Source: Pseudomonadales bacterium
Lineage (GTDB): Bacteria; Pseudomonadota; Gammaproteobacteria; Pseudomonadales; Moraxellaceae
Assembly (NCBI GenBank): GCA_013043915.1
Contig: JABEVH010000207.1
Span: 1 to 44,079 of the forward strand
Length of the DNA stretch: 44,079 nucleotides
Direction: 5' to 3'
The notes under the pieces were generated by a model, which saw only the letters and a program-made list of their open reading frames with translations, was not told the DNA's origin and searched no databases. Shown here one piece after another: positions 9,140-17,778 of the stretch. Numbering within the stretch: the first letter of the stretch is position 1; the number at the start of each line of letters is the position of its first letter. The position numbers and the translations under genes were made by a program.

Positions 9140-9874
9140 CTATAAGCGTTGCATGGTGTCGCGTAACTCAGCCAAATGTCGACGGCTGACGCTTAAGCGT
9201 TCATCAATCCCTCGTATTTTGACCTGATATTGGCCGGGAGCAGCCAGTTCAAGACCATCTAAGTAGGTTAATGAAAGCAAAGCATTTCTATGAATGCGTA
9301 TGAATCGTCCGCCAAATTCATTTTCAAGATCCTTCAGAGTCTCATCGATCAGCACTTCGCCCTGACTGTGACGCACGGTGACGTATTTTTGATCAGCCAG
9401 AAAATAGCGTATATCCTCAATGGGAATAAGCTCCATGCCCCGATGTGTCCGTGCTGTAATGTGGCTGCGATGGGGAGGTTGAGCAGGTGCATCTATCAGA
9501 CTTTTTAGTTGAGCCTGATTGATGCCGCTAGCACGAGCCAGTGCTTCCGAGAGCTGTTCCTTAACCACGGGTTTAAGTAGGTAGCCAGCTGCCTGCACCT
9601 GAAAGGCGGCCAGGGCATGTTCATCATAAGCCGTGCAAAAAATAACGGCGGGGGGGCAGGGACGGCGAGCCAGGTGCTCTGCAGTAACCAGCCCATCCAT
9701 GATGGGCATGCGCATATCGAGCAAAACTATTTCCGGATCGAGCTCATTGACTTTCTGCAAGCAGTCTAAACCGTTTTCTGCTTCGCCCACCAATTGGATG
9801 TTATCCATTTCAAGCAAAAGCCGCGCTAGGCGTTCCCTTGCGAGGCGCTCGTCATCGCAAATCAGTACACGCAT
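9140..9874 (-). CDS. algR: LytTR-family response regulator (AlgR-like)
   Basis: The REC domain reads MRVLICDDE...IVLLDMRMPIMDG. The C-terminal LytTR DNA-binding domain reads ...YFLADQKYVTVRH...FIRIHRNALL. It lies directly downstream of an AlgZ/FimS-type kinase and in the hemC neighbourhood, as in Pseudomonas. Confidence 0.8.
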   Translation of the reverse strand: MRVLICDDERLARERLARLLLEMDNIQLVGEAENGLDCLQKVNELDPEIVLLDMRMPIMDGLVTAEHLARRPCPPAVIFCTAYDEHALAAFQVQAAGYLLKPVVKEQLSEALARASGINQAQLKSLIDAPAQPPHRSHITARTHRGMELIPIEDIRYFLADQKYVTVRHSQGEVLIDETLKDLENEFGGRFIRIHRNALLSLTYLDGLELAAPGQYQVKIRGIDERLSVSRRHLAELRDTMQRL

Positions 9875-9888
9875 CTCCTAGGCCCTCC

Positions 9889-10953
9889 TCAGTGACCTTG
9901 GGTGAGTTTTATGGGATAACTAAGCGTTGTTATAAATGTATCCCGGTCAGCACTCAATGTCAGTTTAGCTTGTTCCCCGTAATGCGCTCGCAGACGTTCC
10001 CGGATATTGTCCAGTGCCATTTGATGCCCTGAACGTGGCGTACTCTCTGGAGGAGGACGAGGGTTACATAATTTGACGCATAATGAGCCGTCTGTATAGT
10101 CAAGCGTGATATGTATAAGGCTGGGTTCATGGCGCAGTTCTACACCATGGTAGATGGCGTTTTCCACGAGGGGTTGCAGCGTTAGCAGCGGAATACTGAT
10201 CTGTTCGGGGACATGGTTGAATACCCACTCAACATGTAAGCGGTCTCCCAGCCTCAATGCCTCAATATTGATATAGCCCTGGCACAAATCAATTTCTTCA
10301 CTTAAGGGGACGACGGTTGATTCACGCAGCGTAGCTCTGAACAGGCTGGAGAGATCTTCAATAGCATGTTCTGCCATGTCAGGATCAGAGGGAATCAAGC
10401 TGGCAATCAGATTCATGCTATTGAACAGAAAATGGGGACGAATTCGGCTCTGTAATGCTTGCAAACGGGCAGATAATTCAGCTTGCTGATTGCGGCGCAA
10501 CTGATCAGATAGGTAAAGGTAGCGTAGTAGAATGCCGCCTATGATAGCGGCTATCAATTCATTGCGCATCATCCAGAACCAACCTGAGGGCCCATCAACC
10601 CAGGTGCCGGCAAAGATCATCGAAGGTAATAGCCATAAGGTCACAGCGCTCAGCATAGCAACACAAATCAGCACAACCAGGTAGCTGATAGCGGCTCCTG
10701 TTGAAGCCGGGAGGCGGTGAAGCCAGTATCGTGTTTGATCCAGAGCCCAAGCCGCTATGGCCACGGCCAAAACGACAAACATGGCAGTTTCGCCGAGTTC
10801 CAGCCAGGGGAAGGGCCAGATAGTGGGTGTCGAAGCCAAGACGAGGACTACAGCCAGCAGGAGTGCAACCAGCAAGAGACGCACCAGTCCGAGTGTGTCA
10901 TGCCAAAGTGGAAGGAAGAGATCTTGTGGGCTGTCGGTGGACATAGCGGTCAC
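9889..10953 (-). CDS. algZ: LytS/YehU-type sensor histidine kinase (AlgZ/FimS-like)
   Basis: It has N-terminal TM helices, the H-box RPHFLFNSMN (His_kinase PF06580 type), and the N-box LQPLVENAIYHG. Confidence 0.75.
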   Translation of the reverse strand: MTAMSTDSPQDLFLPLWHDTLGLVRLLLVALLLAVVLVLASTPTIWPFPWLELGETAMFVVLAVAIAAWALDQTRYWLHRLPASTGAAISYLVVLICVAMLSAVTLWLLPSMIFAGTWVDGPSGWFWMMRNELIAAIIGGILLRYLYLSDQLRRNQQAELSARLQALQSRIRPHFLFNSMNLIASLIPSDPDMAEHAIEDLSSLFRATLRESTVVPLSEEIDLCQGYINIEALRLGDRLHVEWVFNHVPEQISIPLLTLQPLVENAIYHGVELRHEPSLIHITLDYTDGSLCVKLCNPRPPPESTPRSGHQMALDNIRERLRAHYGEQAKLTLSADRDTFITTLSYPIKLTQGH

Positions 10954-11006
10954 AGAATATAGCCGACCTTGATTTTGCCTTGCAAGGATGCACTAGGCAA
11001 GCGAAA

Positions 11007-12071
11007 TCAGGGAAGGGCATTAAGGTCTTCCCAGGCCTGTTGAACCATGTCGGGTTGCAAATCAGCGACGCGTCGAGTGTCAGGTTGCAGGAGTTTATAG
11101 GGCACACCCCAAGGATGCCAATGTTCGGGATTCACATCACCAAATAGACAAACCAAGGGCTTACCCAGGGCCGCCGCCAGATGTAATGCCCCCCCATCAC
11201 TGAGGATGAGCTGATCACATAGCGACAGGCCAGCAATCAGTTCACGCAAGGTATGGGTAGAGCAGGCTTGAACCGGTATAGCCGCTCGGTCAAGCCGAGC
11301 AATGAGTTGAGCTGCCTTGTTATCATCTCCTGGGTGCATGGGGTCGCCTTCTTCTCCCGGAGCCCAGAATAGCAGGCAGCTGATGCCATGGGTCTGATGC
11401 ATGGAGCGGATCAGGGCAAAAAATTTATCAGCGGGCCAGCGCTGGTCAGGTCGACGGCTACTCAGATGGAATCCAACCAGTTTGCCATCGCCCTTAATTT
11501 TGCCGAGATAATTCTGGAAGCGAGAACGTGCTGCTAGGTCAGGGAAAACATGCATCGGACCTGGTAGTCCCGTGATGCCAAGTGGCCTCAGCAAATGAAA
11601 GACAGCTTCTACTTCATGCAGATGATCATTGGATTCACGATAAACGGAGATAAGTTTTTCAGATGGAGAAGGTAATGTATTCGATGCGCCATAAGCGATG
11701 ATATGTCGTGGCGCTAACCAGCTAGCCAGTTGTATCGTTCGCGGAGAATAGCTGGATCCCGCGACAATGACCAGATCAAACCGCTCTCGTCGCAGGTTCA
11801 GATAAAGCCAAGCCTGTTTTACCCAGGCACGCAGTCGACTTTCGCCAGGCCGTCGATGTTTGCTTTTGGTATAGGCATAAACTTGATCGACGTCGGTGTT
11901 AGCATGCAGCACTTCCTGATTATAACTATTGACCAGTGCAGCGATGCGAGCTTGGGGGTAGGCTTGGCGAAGAGCAGTCAACATTGGCGTGGTACAGACC
12001 AGATCGCCGATATTATCGCGTCGTATGACCAAGATAGAGGATAAGTCAGTCAGCTTCATGCAAGGGGACAT
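11007..12071 (-). CDS. Glycosyltransferase family 9 (LPS heptosyltransferase-like)
   Basis: ILVIRRDNIGDLVCTTPMLTALRQAYPQARIAAL is the GT9 N-terminal signature. The C-terminal ...LILSDGGALHLAAALGKPLVCLFG is also typical of the family. Confidence 0.8.
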   Translation of the reverse strand: MSPCMKLTDLSSILVIRRDNIGDLVCTTPMLTALRQAYPQARIAALVNSYNQEVLHANTDVDQVYAYTKSKHRRPGESRLRAWVKQAWLYLNLRRERFDLVIVAGSSYSPRTIQLASWLAPRHIIAYGASNTLPSPSEKLISVYRESNDHLHEVEAVFHLLRPLGITGLPGPMHVFPDLAARSRFQNYLGKIKGDGKLVGFHLSSRRPDQRWPADKFFALIRSMHQTHGISCLLFWAPGEEGDPMHPGDDNKAAQLIARLDRAAIPVQACSTHTLRELIAGLSLCDQLILSDGGALHLAAALGKPLVCLFGDVNPEHWHPWGVPYKLLQPDTRRVADLQPDMVQQAWEDLNALP

Positions 12072-12222
12072 CCATGATGGATGCGCTAATTGTAGCAGGA
12101 TGATGCAGCATCTTGCGTGAGTGTTTTATAGGAGACATTGAATAAAAATCTGCCTGAACGGGTCCTAATATCCAGAAACAATGCTAGTCTCGCTGTGAAT
12201 AAAGCCTCGCAAGATTATTTTA

Positions 12223-13131
12223 ATGCGCCCTTTGAAATACTATACAGTTCAAGATTGGTTGAAACTTAAGCCTCTTGGTGAGGCATTCAGGCAGTGGCGA
12301 AATGATCTGGTTTTGAAAATTTATTTGCTACGCAAGGGAAGTGGCCAGGTGGATTTCCTGCGGAAGGCTTCTTCTCTGCAGGGAAAAAATATAGCTTTGA
12401 TCGTGGCGTTTGAACAGCCATGGGCGTTACAGTGGTTATTACAAAATTCAGCTAAGTACTTGGAGAATTCCGTTGTACTAGTCTTCGATAATTCACGCGA
12501 TATGACCAAGCGTCTTGAGTTACACAAAATCTGTGAACAACAACAAGCCGCTTATTTATCCCTGCCGTTCAATGCTACGCAACATGCCAATCGCTCTCAT
12601 GGGATGGCGATGACCTGGATTTATCACAATATAGTTCGAGCTATTCAGCCAGAAAACTTTGTATTTATCGATCATGATTTGATACCCATGAAACCCCTTA
12701 ACTGGAGCCAGTATCTGAAACAGCAAGATTGCTACGGACGATTGAATACATGTACCTGGGGATGGAGCTTGTGGGCAGGCTATTGTATGTTTCGTTATTC
12801 TGCCATAGAGGGGATACACTTAAACTTCCTGTATGATTTCTCCATTGGACTAGATACCGGAGGACGTAACTGGAAGAGCTACTATCGTCATCTGAACCGA
12901 CCATCGATGAGCTTTACCGATGAGCAAGATATTGATGTTAGCCCCGGTGACGGACAACATTACAGAAAGGTTCAGGTCATTGATGAAGCTTGGTTGCACA
13001 TAGGTAGTATTAGCTATAACGACAATTTTTCAGGTAAAAAACTTTTTTTTGAGTTGCTGGCAGAGGCAGCTGAGCAGGGCATGAGTTGGGAACAAATGAA
13101 GCAGGCGGGCCAATCTATCAACAAGCACTAA
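12223..13131 (+). CDS. Hypothetical protein, possible GT-A-fold glycosyltransferase
   Basis: It has no signal peptide or TM segment and a candidate DxD motif (FVFIDHDLIP). It is embedded among LPS glycosyltransferase genes in an AT-richer stretch. The functional call is weak. Confidence 0.4.
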   Translation: MRPLKYYTVQDWLKLKPLGEAFRQWRNDLVLKIYLLRKGSGQVDFLRKASSLQGKNIALIVAFEQPWALQWLLQNSAKYLENSVVLVFDNSRDMTKRLELHKICEQQQAAYLSLPFNATQHANRSHGMAMTWIYHNIVRAIQPENFVFIDHDLIPMKPLNWSQYLKQQDCYGRLNTCTWGWSLWAGYCMFRYSAIEGIHLNFLYDFSIGLDTGGRNWKSYYRHLNRPSMSFTDEQDIDVSPGDGQHYRKVQVIDEAWLHIGSISYNDNFSGKKLFFELLAEAAEQGMSWEQMKQAGQSINKH

Positions 13132-13164
13132 GTCACGGGCTCCTGGCTTTGAGGATGAGGATTG

Positions 13165-14226
13165 ATGTTGAAGCGAATATTACTGTGCCATGATGCTTCC
13201 TTGGCCCCCATCATGACGTATTTGTCGACAGCCTTTGAGCGTCAGGGTATATGCGCATGCTGTTTTGATTCCAGTCTATACACCACCTGGATAGATAAGG
13301 TGCTGTTTAAGTTTATTAATAAACAGGCACATAATTTTCGTATTTTGCCAAAGTCAGCCAATTTTTTTGAGAATAGTCCCTGGAATCATCAAAATTACCG
13401 CAGTCGTAAACTTAAAGAACGCATTGACCAGTTTCAGCCAGATCTTCTTCTGGTGATACGGGGAACTACCATTAACCGAGAGGTGATTGAGGCGGTTCCA
13501 TGCCGTATGGCATGGTGGGTGGAGGGGGATGATCGCTATGACGAAGCCCAATCAGAACTGCCCTGGTTTCAGCATTATTTCTTTTTGCATAAAACCCTCG
13601 CCGTCCAGGCGCAACAGGAAGGTTATTCCGCATCACATCTGGCTCATGCCGTAGACCTTGATGTCTTTAAGCCCTTGCCGGGTGCTCCAGAATACGATGT
13701 GGGATTTGTCGGAGCCTGGTCACAACAGCGCGCTCAATACATGCTGGATGCCCTGCAAGTGACTAACAATATCGCTATTTTTGGACCGCGCTGGTTGCGG
13801 AGGGCTTGGCGCAAGCCCAAGTTATTGCGAGCCATCAAAGGTTCATATTTACCCGCACAAAAATTGTCAGCTTTTTATAATGCCTGCAAGATTGTGATCA
13901 ATCTAACGCAATGGGGAACCCATGCAGGTATACGCAGTGGCATGACCATGCGGGTATTTGAAGTGCCTGCCTCGGGTAGGCTTTTGCTGACTGACAGTTC
14001 TAAGGAAACAGAAGAGGCTCTCAAAGATGGCCAGAATGTAGCGATTTTTCATAACAGACAGGAGTTTATCGAAAAGCTGAAATGTTATCTCAATGATGAT
14101 GAGCTGCGTGAGCGCGTGGCTGCACAAGGTCACCAGAAGATTATATCCTGGCGCACCTACGATTTAATGGCGCAAGAGATTATCGATACTTACCGACGTA
14201 TTATCCAGCAGGAAGGTGTCATCTGA
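13165..14226 (+). CDS. CgeB-family (Glyco_trans_1_2 / DUF3880-like) glycosyltransferase
   Basis: The ATG at 13165 lies just inside the ORF that opens at TTG 13162. The C-terminal block GMTMRVFEVPASGRLLLTD...FHNRQEFIEKLKCYLNDDELRERVAAQG is typical of CgeB-like GT-B enzymes. Confidence 0.6.
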   Translation: MLKRILLCHDASLAPIMTYLSTAFERQGICACCFDSSLYTTWIDKVLFKFINKQAHNFRILPKSANFFENSPWNHQNYRSRKLKERIDQFQPDLLLVIRGTTINREVIEAVPCRMAWWVEGDDRYDEAQSELPWFQHYFFLHKTLAVQAQQEGYSASHLAHAVDLDVFKPLPGAPEYDVGFVGAWSQQRAQYMLDALQVTNNIAIFGPRWLRRAWRKPKLLRAIKGSYLPAQKLSAFYNACKIVINLTQWGTHAGIRSGMTMRVFEVPASGRLLLTDSSKETEEALKDGQNVAIFHNRQEFIEKLKCYLNDDELRERVAAQGHQKIISWRTYDLMAQEIIDTYRRIIQQEGVI

Positions 14227-14228
14227 AA

Positions 14229-15257
14229 TTACAGGCCTACACCTCGTAGTACTTCAGTAGCTTTCGCCTGATAGTCGGGTAACTGCAGGCTACGCAGGTA
14301 GCCTGCGCCGGCTATGCGTTCGGCGATGGAGGGGTTGTTGCGGTAGAAAGCGATCTTGTCTGTCATTTCCTCATGGCAAGTAAAGCTGTCAGCTTCAATG
14401 CCTAGCCGGTAGTAAGATTCTAGCTCTTGGCTGTACTCGGTAAGCAGCAGGGCGCTACAGGCTGGAATATCCATAATTCTTAAGTTGCAGCAAGGGTCAA
14501 TCTTGGGGTCCCAACCTTGTATATTGATACCCAGCCGGGCATCATTATAAAGTGCTTGCAGCGAGTTTCCCCATGCGCCCTGATCATGGGAAATTCGTTT
14601 GAAATCAGGGTTATCAGTATTGTGCTGTGACCAACGGCCATAGATTTCGACATGTTCCTGTAACAGTGCCGGCACCCAGCCTTGACGTCGTGGATTCCAG
14701 CCCGAAACTAACACGGCATGTTTATGCCGCTGGGTGAAGTGAACCTGAGTTCGTGCATAGCGTTTACGATCTACAGCGCAGAGCGATAAACGCTGAATGG
14801 CAGGGTGATTGCAGTCATGCATATGAATGGAATAGTAACGGTCATACATCAGACAGGCGTGATCGTGGTCAAAGGAGACATTGGGACCATCAATGCTCCA
14901 GCCAATGACATATTGAACACCGTAAGCTGATTTGGCATGAGCGATGTCATCTTCTCGCAGGAAATCATGAGCTTTCAGCACAAGTACGATGTCAGGCCGA
15001 AAAGTTTCTAACAGCTGAAAAAAACAATACCGTTTGTAGCCTTGATGGCCATATCGGGAATGAATTTCAAGGCTATTGCCATAATGTAATCGGCGTTTGG
15101 CACTGCTTAGAGGCTTTAAGAGATAGCGCCAAATAGGATGTTCTATCGTGCTGTCAAAACAGGCTACCTCATGACCAAGCTGGCGGAATCCATCAGCCAG
15201 CGAATACCCGACAGGGATATAGGTTTCATCAAAAAAATAAGAAATAACTATACGCAT
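14229..15257 (-). CDS. CgeB-family (Glyco_trans_1_2-like) glycosyltransferase, paralogue of 13165..14226
   Basis: NLRIMDIPACSALLLTEYSQELESYY...FTCHEEMTDKIAFYRNNPSIAERIAGAGY parallels the C-terminal block of the neighbouring gene. It is convergent with that gene, with a 2-nt gap. Confidence 0.6.
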   Translation of the reverse strand: MRIVISYFFDETYIPVGYSLADGFRQLGHEVACFDSTIEHPIWRYLLKPLSSAKRRLHYGNSLEIHSRYGHQGYKRYCFFQLLETFRPDIVLVLKAHDFLREDDIAHAKSAYGVQYVIGWSIDGPNVSFDHDHACLMYDRYYSIHMHDCNHPAIQRLSLCAVDRKRYARTQVHFTQRHKHAVLVSGWNPRRQGWVPALLQEHVEIYGRWSQHNTDNPDFKRISHDQGAWGNSLQALYNDARLGINIQGWDPKIDPCCNLRIMDIPACSALLLTEYSQELESYYRLGIEADSFTCHEEMTDKIAFYRNNPSIAERIAGAGYLRSLQLPDYQAKATEVLRGVGL

Positions 15258-15449
15258 AGCAACCGATGAGACGAGATATACCGCCGTGCATGTATCAGGT
15301 TTAGCAAATTTTCAAGCATGAATATGACCTCATAAGGTACCGTGGGTAAACAGCATAAGTAGACAGTGGTTGCACACACGCAACCGATCACCAATACTAG
15401 CATGGTGGTATGGGTGATCATCATGAAAATCAAGTTATGAGAGGCTAGG

Positions 15450-16724
15450 GTGCCGTCAAGTTTATCTGCGCCAGGTTGGTTAGGAGATGATGTGGTTAGG
15501 GTTGAGCGATGCAAGCTAGGAGGATTATGGATACAGGGTCTCTTGTTGTTGGGATTGCCCTGGAATCATAACCTGGGCTGGTTACATACCACGGCATTTT
15601 TAGTGGCGGCGGGGGCGTTATGGAATCGTAGGCGTATCAAGCATCTACTGCAGCCCGCTATGCTATTTTATGGCGTGGTTTTGGTTGCCAGCTTGATGAC
15701 CTCGTTGTACCCCGTGTTATCTCTGAAGTTTATCTTTTGGGCGGTGTTGATTCCTCTTCTGATTTTTCAATACATCAGCCAGGCTTCCAGCCAAGTATCC
15801 CGTCGGCATATGAGTTTCATTATCATGACGTCACTGGCTCTCCCCTGTGTTGTCATGGCCGTGGCGCATGCGGGCATAAATCTTCAGGTGGCCGGTCATG
15901 GACATTGGGGGCTATATGCCGGACCTGGTTTGGTCAGCACGTTCTTAGTATTCGCGATGCCCCTACAGGTCGTTACGGTGCTGGCCGAACGGGGAGTGAT
16001 GCGTTATGCGGCAGGACTGGCTTGCTTGCTGTCAGCCTATGCGGCATTTCTAACCGCCAACCGGGCATTTTGGCTGGCTTGGCTGGTTATCATGGCCTGG
16101 ATGTTGGTGCCTGTCATTTGGAGCCGAGCCGCGTTAAGAATAGGGTTGGTCATGGGTGTTGCGATCATGGCTGTACTCGCTCTGGGTGTTATTGCCCATC
16201 AGACTAAAGAACGATCAGGCGTGTCTGTCGAACAGGCAGCGCACCAAGATTCAAGGCCGCAAATCTGGCATTACTGGCTGGCCCAGATTCCGAGTTCACC
16301 TTGGTTGGGGCATGGGTACGGTAAACGCGTCCAACAAGCCTATTTTTTAAAGGAACATGGCCTGGCAAAGATGCCTATTAGCTGTTCCGAACTGCAGTGC
16401 GCTATGGGGGCGCATGCCCATAATATTTTGATTGATAACACGGTGCAAACCGGTGTGTTAGGTTTATTGGCCTGGTTATATTTATTGTGGCAGGGTGTCT
16501 ATGATCAGAATAGGTTTAGCCAGAACCAGGCTGCTCAATCTTATGCCCGCGCCGGTCAGGCTTTGGTGCTCGCTATGATAGTCAAAAATTTCACAGATGA
16601 CTTTATGGACTTTGAAGGCTCGCTCATGTTCTGGGTGTACTGGGGCGTTTTATGGGCAAGGACGAGGGCAATGTCGGGCGAAGAAGTGGCCGTACTTGCA
16701 AATTCGGGTCGAGAAACCGTATGA
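15450..16724 (+). CDS. O-antigen ligase / O-antigen polymerase family membrane protein (Wzy_C domain, WaaL-like)
   Basis: It has 10 or more TM helices and a periplasmic loop with ...PWLGHGYG...GAHAHNILIDNTVQTGVLGLLAW (Wzy_C pattern). The start is uncertain: GTG 15450, or GTG 15492 behind AGGAG. Confidence 0.7.
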   Translation: MPSSLSAPGWLGDDVVRVERCKLGGLWIQGLLLLGLPWNHNLGWLHTTAFLVAAGALWNRRRIKHLLQPAMLFYGVVLVASLMTSLYPVLSLKFIFWAVLIPLLIFQYISQASSQVSRRHMSFIIMTSLALPCVVMAVAHAGINLQVAGHGHWGLYAGPGLVSTFLVFAMPLQVVTVLAERGVMRYAAGLACLLSAYAAFLTANRAFWLAWLVIMAWMLVPVIWSRAALRIGLVMGVAIMAVLALGVIAHQTKERSGVSVEQAAHQDSRPQIWHYWLAQIPSSPWLGHGYGKRVQQAYFLKEHGLAKMPISCSELQCAMGAHAHNILIDNTVQTGVLGLLAWLYLLWQGVYDQNRFSQNQAAQSYARAGQALVLAMIVKNFTDDFMDFEGSLMFWVYWGVLWARTRAMSGEEVAVLANSGRETV

Positions 16725-17778
16725 GGGTTGCTGCAGCTATCTGCTGGCCCTTCCAGCCCCAATGCGTATCATCTGGAAAATAGACATCGCGTTGACCCGC
16801 CCCTATGGCATGCTGCAGCGCGAGATCAAGGCGCGGCATGGTTTGAGGGTGTTGTGCTGAAAGCAAAGCTAATTGACGGTGTTCATGTTGTGACTTTGAT
16901 GCTAACCACGGTGCATAGGCGGTCAATTTGTCCGGAGCTACCATGAGAATAAAACGAGTAGATCCACCCGCCTCGACCTGACGGCGCAAGGATTCAATAC
17001 GGCAATTTAGGGTGGATAAATGTTGGTTTTTCCACCATGGCTTGCGTATATCATCACCAAATACCAGCAAGGTATGGGCTCGCTGACTGGAAAATAAGCG
17101 ATCAGTTGTCAGCGGCAGGGCATAAACACTCGGAGAAGGATCTGGAGCATACTGAAAATAATGCTCCAGATATTTCAACACAAAGTTGATATTGATCAAG
17201 CGCCAGGAGGTACTCCTTGATTGAGAAAGTGGGGGATGCTGCAACGTCAAGGCGGTCATGGCAGCTGATGGTTGCATTTTGGTCTGATTTACAGCAGAAC
17301 AATCAGCGGCCATGTTTAATAAATGAAACGGTAATTGCCGCTCAACAGACTCCATGATGAGTAGACGAGGAGGGTGCAGGCGATAGTTGTGGCTGGTCAG
17401 TACATGATAAATATCAATATGATTGATGTCCATAGTTAGCATCGACAAAGGGTGCTGTGCTATCAAATAGTTTTGCCACTGGTACTCAGGTCGCTCTCTG
17501 GAGAATGAATCGCCTATGATCAGAATGTCGACCGGCTGTTGAAGATCAGCAAGCTGGGCATCAACATTGAGACGATGCTGAGGAAAGGTACGCTGGACTC
17601 CCTGCCAACCGAAGTCACGCTCCGTGTAAAATCCAATACGTGTCAAATCACCGAATAACGGTTGCAGATAAATCCCGACCATAAAAAGAATAGCGATGGG
17701 GATCCCTGTACAGGTTAGTAGCCAGAGGGCGTAGTGGCGATAAACCTTAGAACTGGAAGTAAAGGAATTCACTGACAA
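16624..17778 (-). CDS. SGNH/GDSL-type acyl-transfer protein, membrane-anchored partner of the MBOAT (AlgJ/AlgX/PatB-like role)
   Basis: It has an N-terminal TM anchor, SGNH block I ILIIGDSFS, and block V DDTHW (DxxH) near the C-terminus. It lies immediately downstream of, and overlapping, the MBOAT gene. The start is TTG 17778 or GTG 17772. Confidence 0.6.
   Translation of the reverse strand: MSVNSFTSSSKVYRHYALWLLTCTGIPIAILFMVGIYLQPLFGDLTRIGFYTERDFGWQGVQRTFPQHRLNVDAQLADLQQPVDILIIGDSFSRERPEYQWQNYLIAQHPLSMLTMDINHIDIYHVLTSHNYRLHPPRLLIMESVERQLPFHLLNMAADCSAVNQTKMQPSAAMTALTLQHPPLSQSRSTSWRLININFVLKYLEHYFQYAPDPSPSVYALPLTTDRLFSSQRAHTLLVFGDDIRKPWWKNQHLSTLNCRIESLRRQVEAGGSTRFILMVAPDKLTAYAPWLASKSQHEHRQLALLSAQHPQTMPRLDLALQHAIGAGQRDVYFPDDTHWGWKGQQIAAATLIRFLDPNLQVRPLLRPTLPSSLPIKRPSTPRT

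Noticed and set aside
15248-15514. 88-aa minus-strand ORF spanning the divergent intergenic region between the CgeB-like gene and the ligase gene. The same applies to 19986..20240, upstream of and overlapping argH.
   Set aside because: They lie in AT-rich promoter regions and overlap the 5' ends of better-supported genes. They have no signal, motif or Shine-Dalgarno sequence.
15737-16207. 156-aa plus-strand ORF in an alternative frame inside the O-antigen-ligase-like gene
   Set aside because: It is on the same strand but off-frame within a polytopic membrane-protein gene. Its Gly/Arg/Cys-rich composition is typical of an out-of-frame translation of GC-rich hydrophobic codons.
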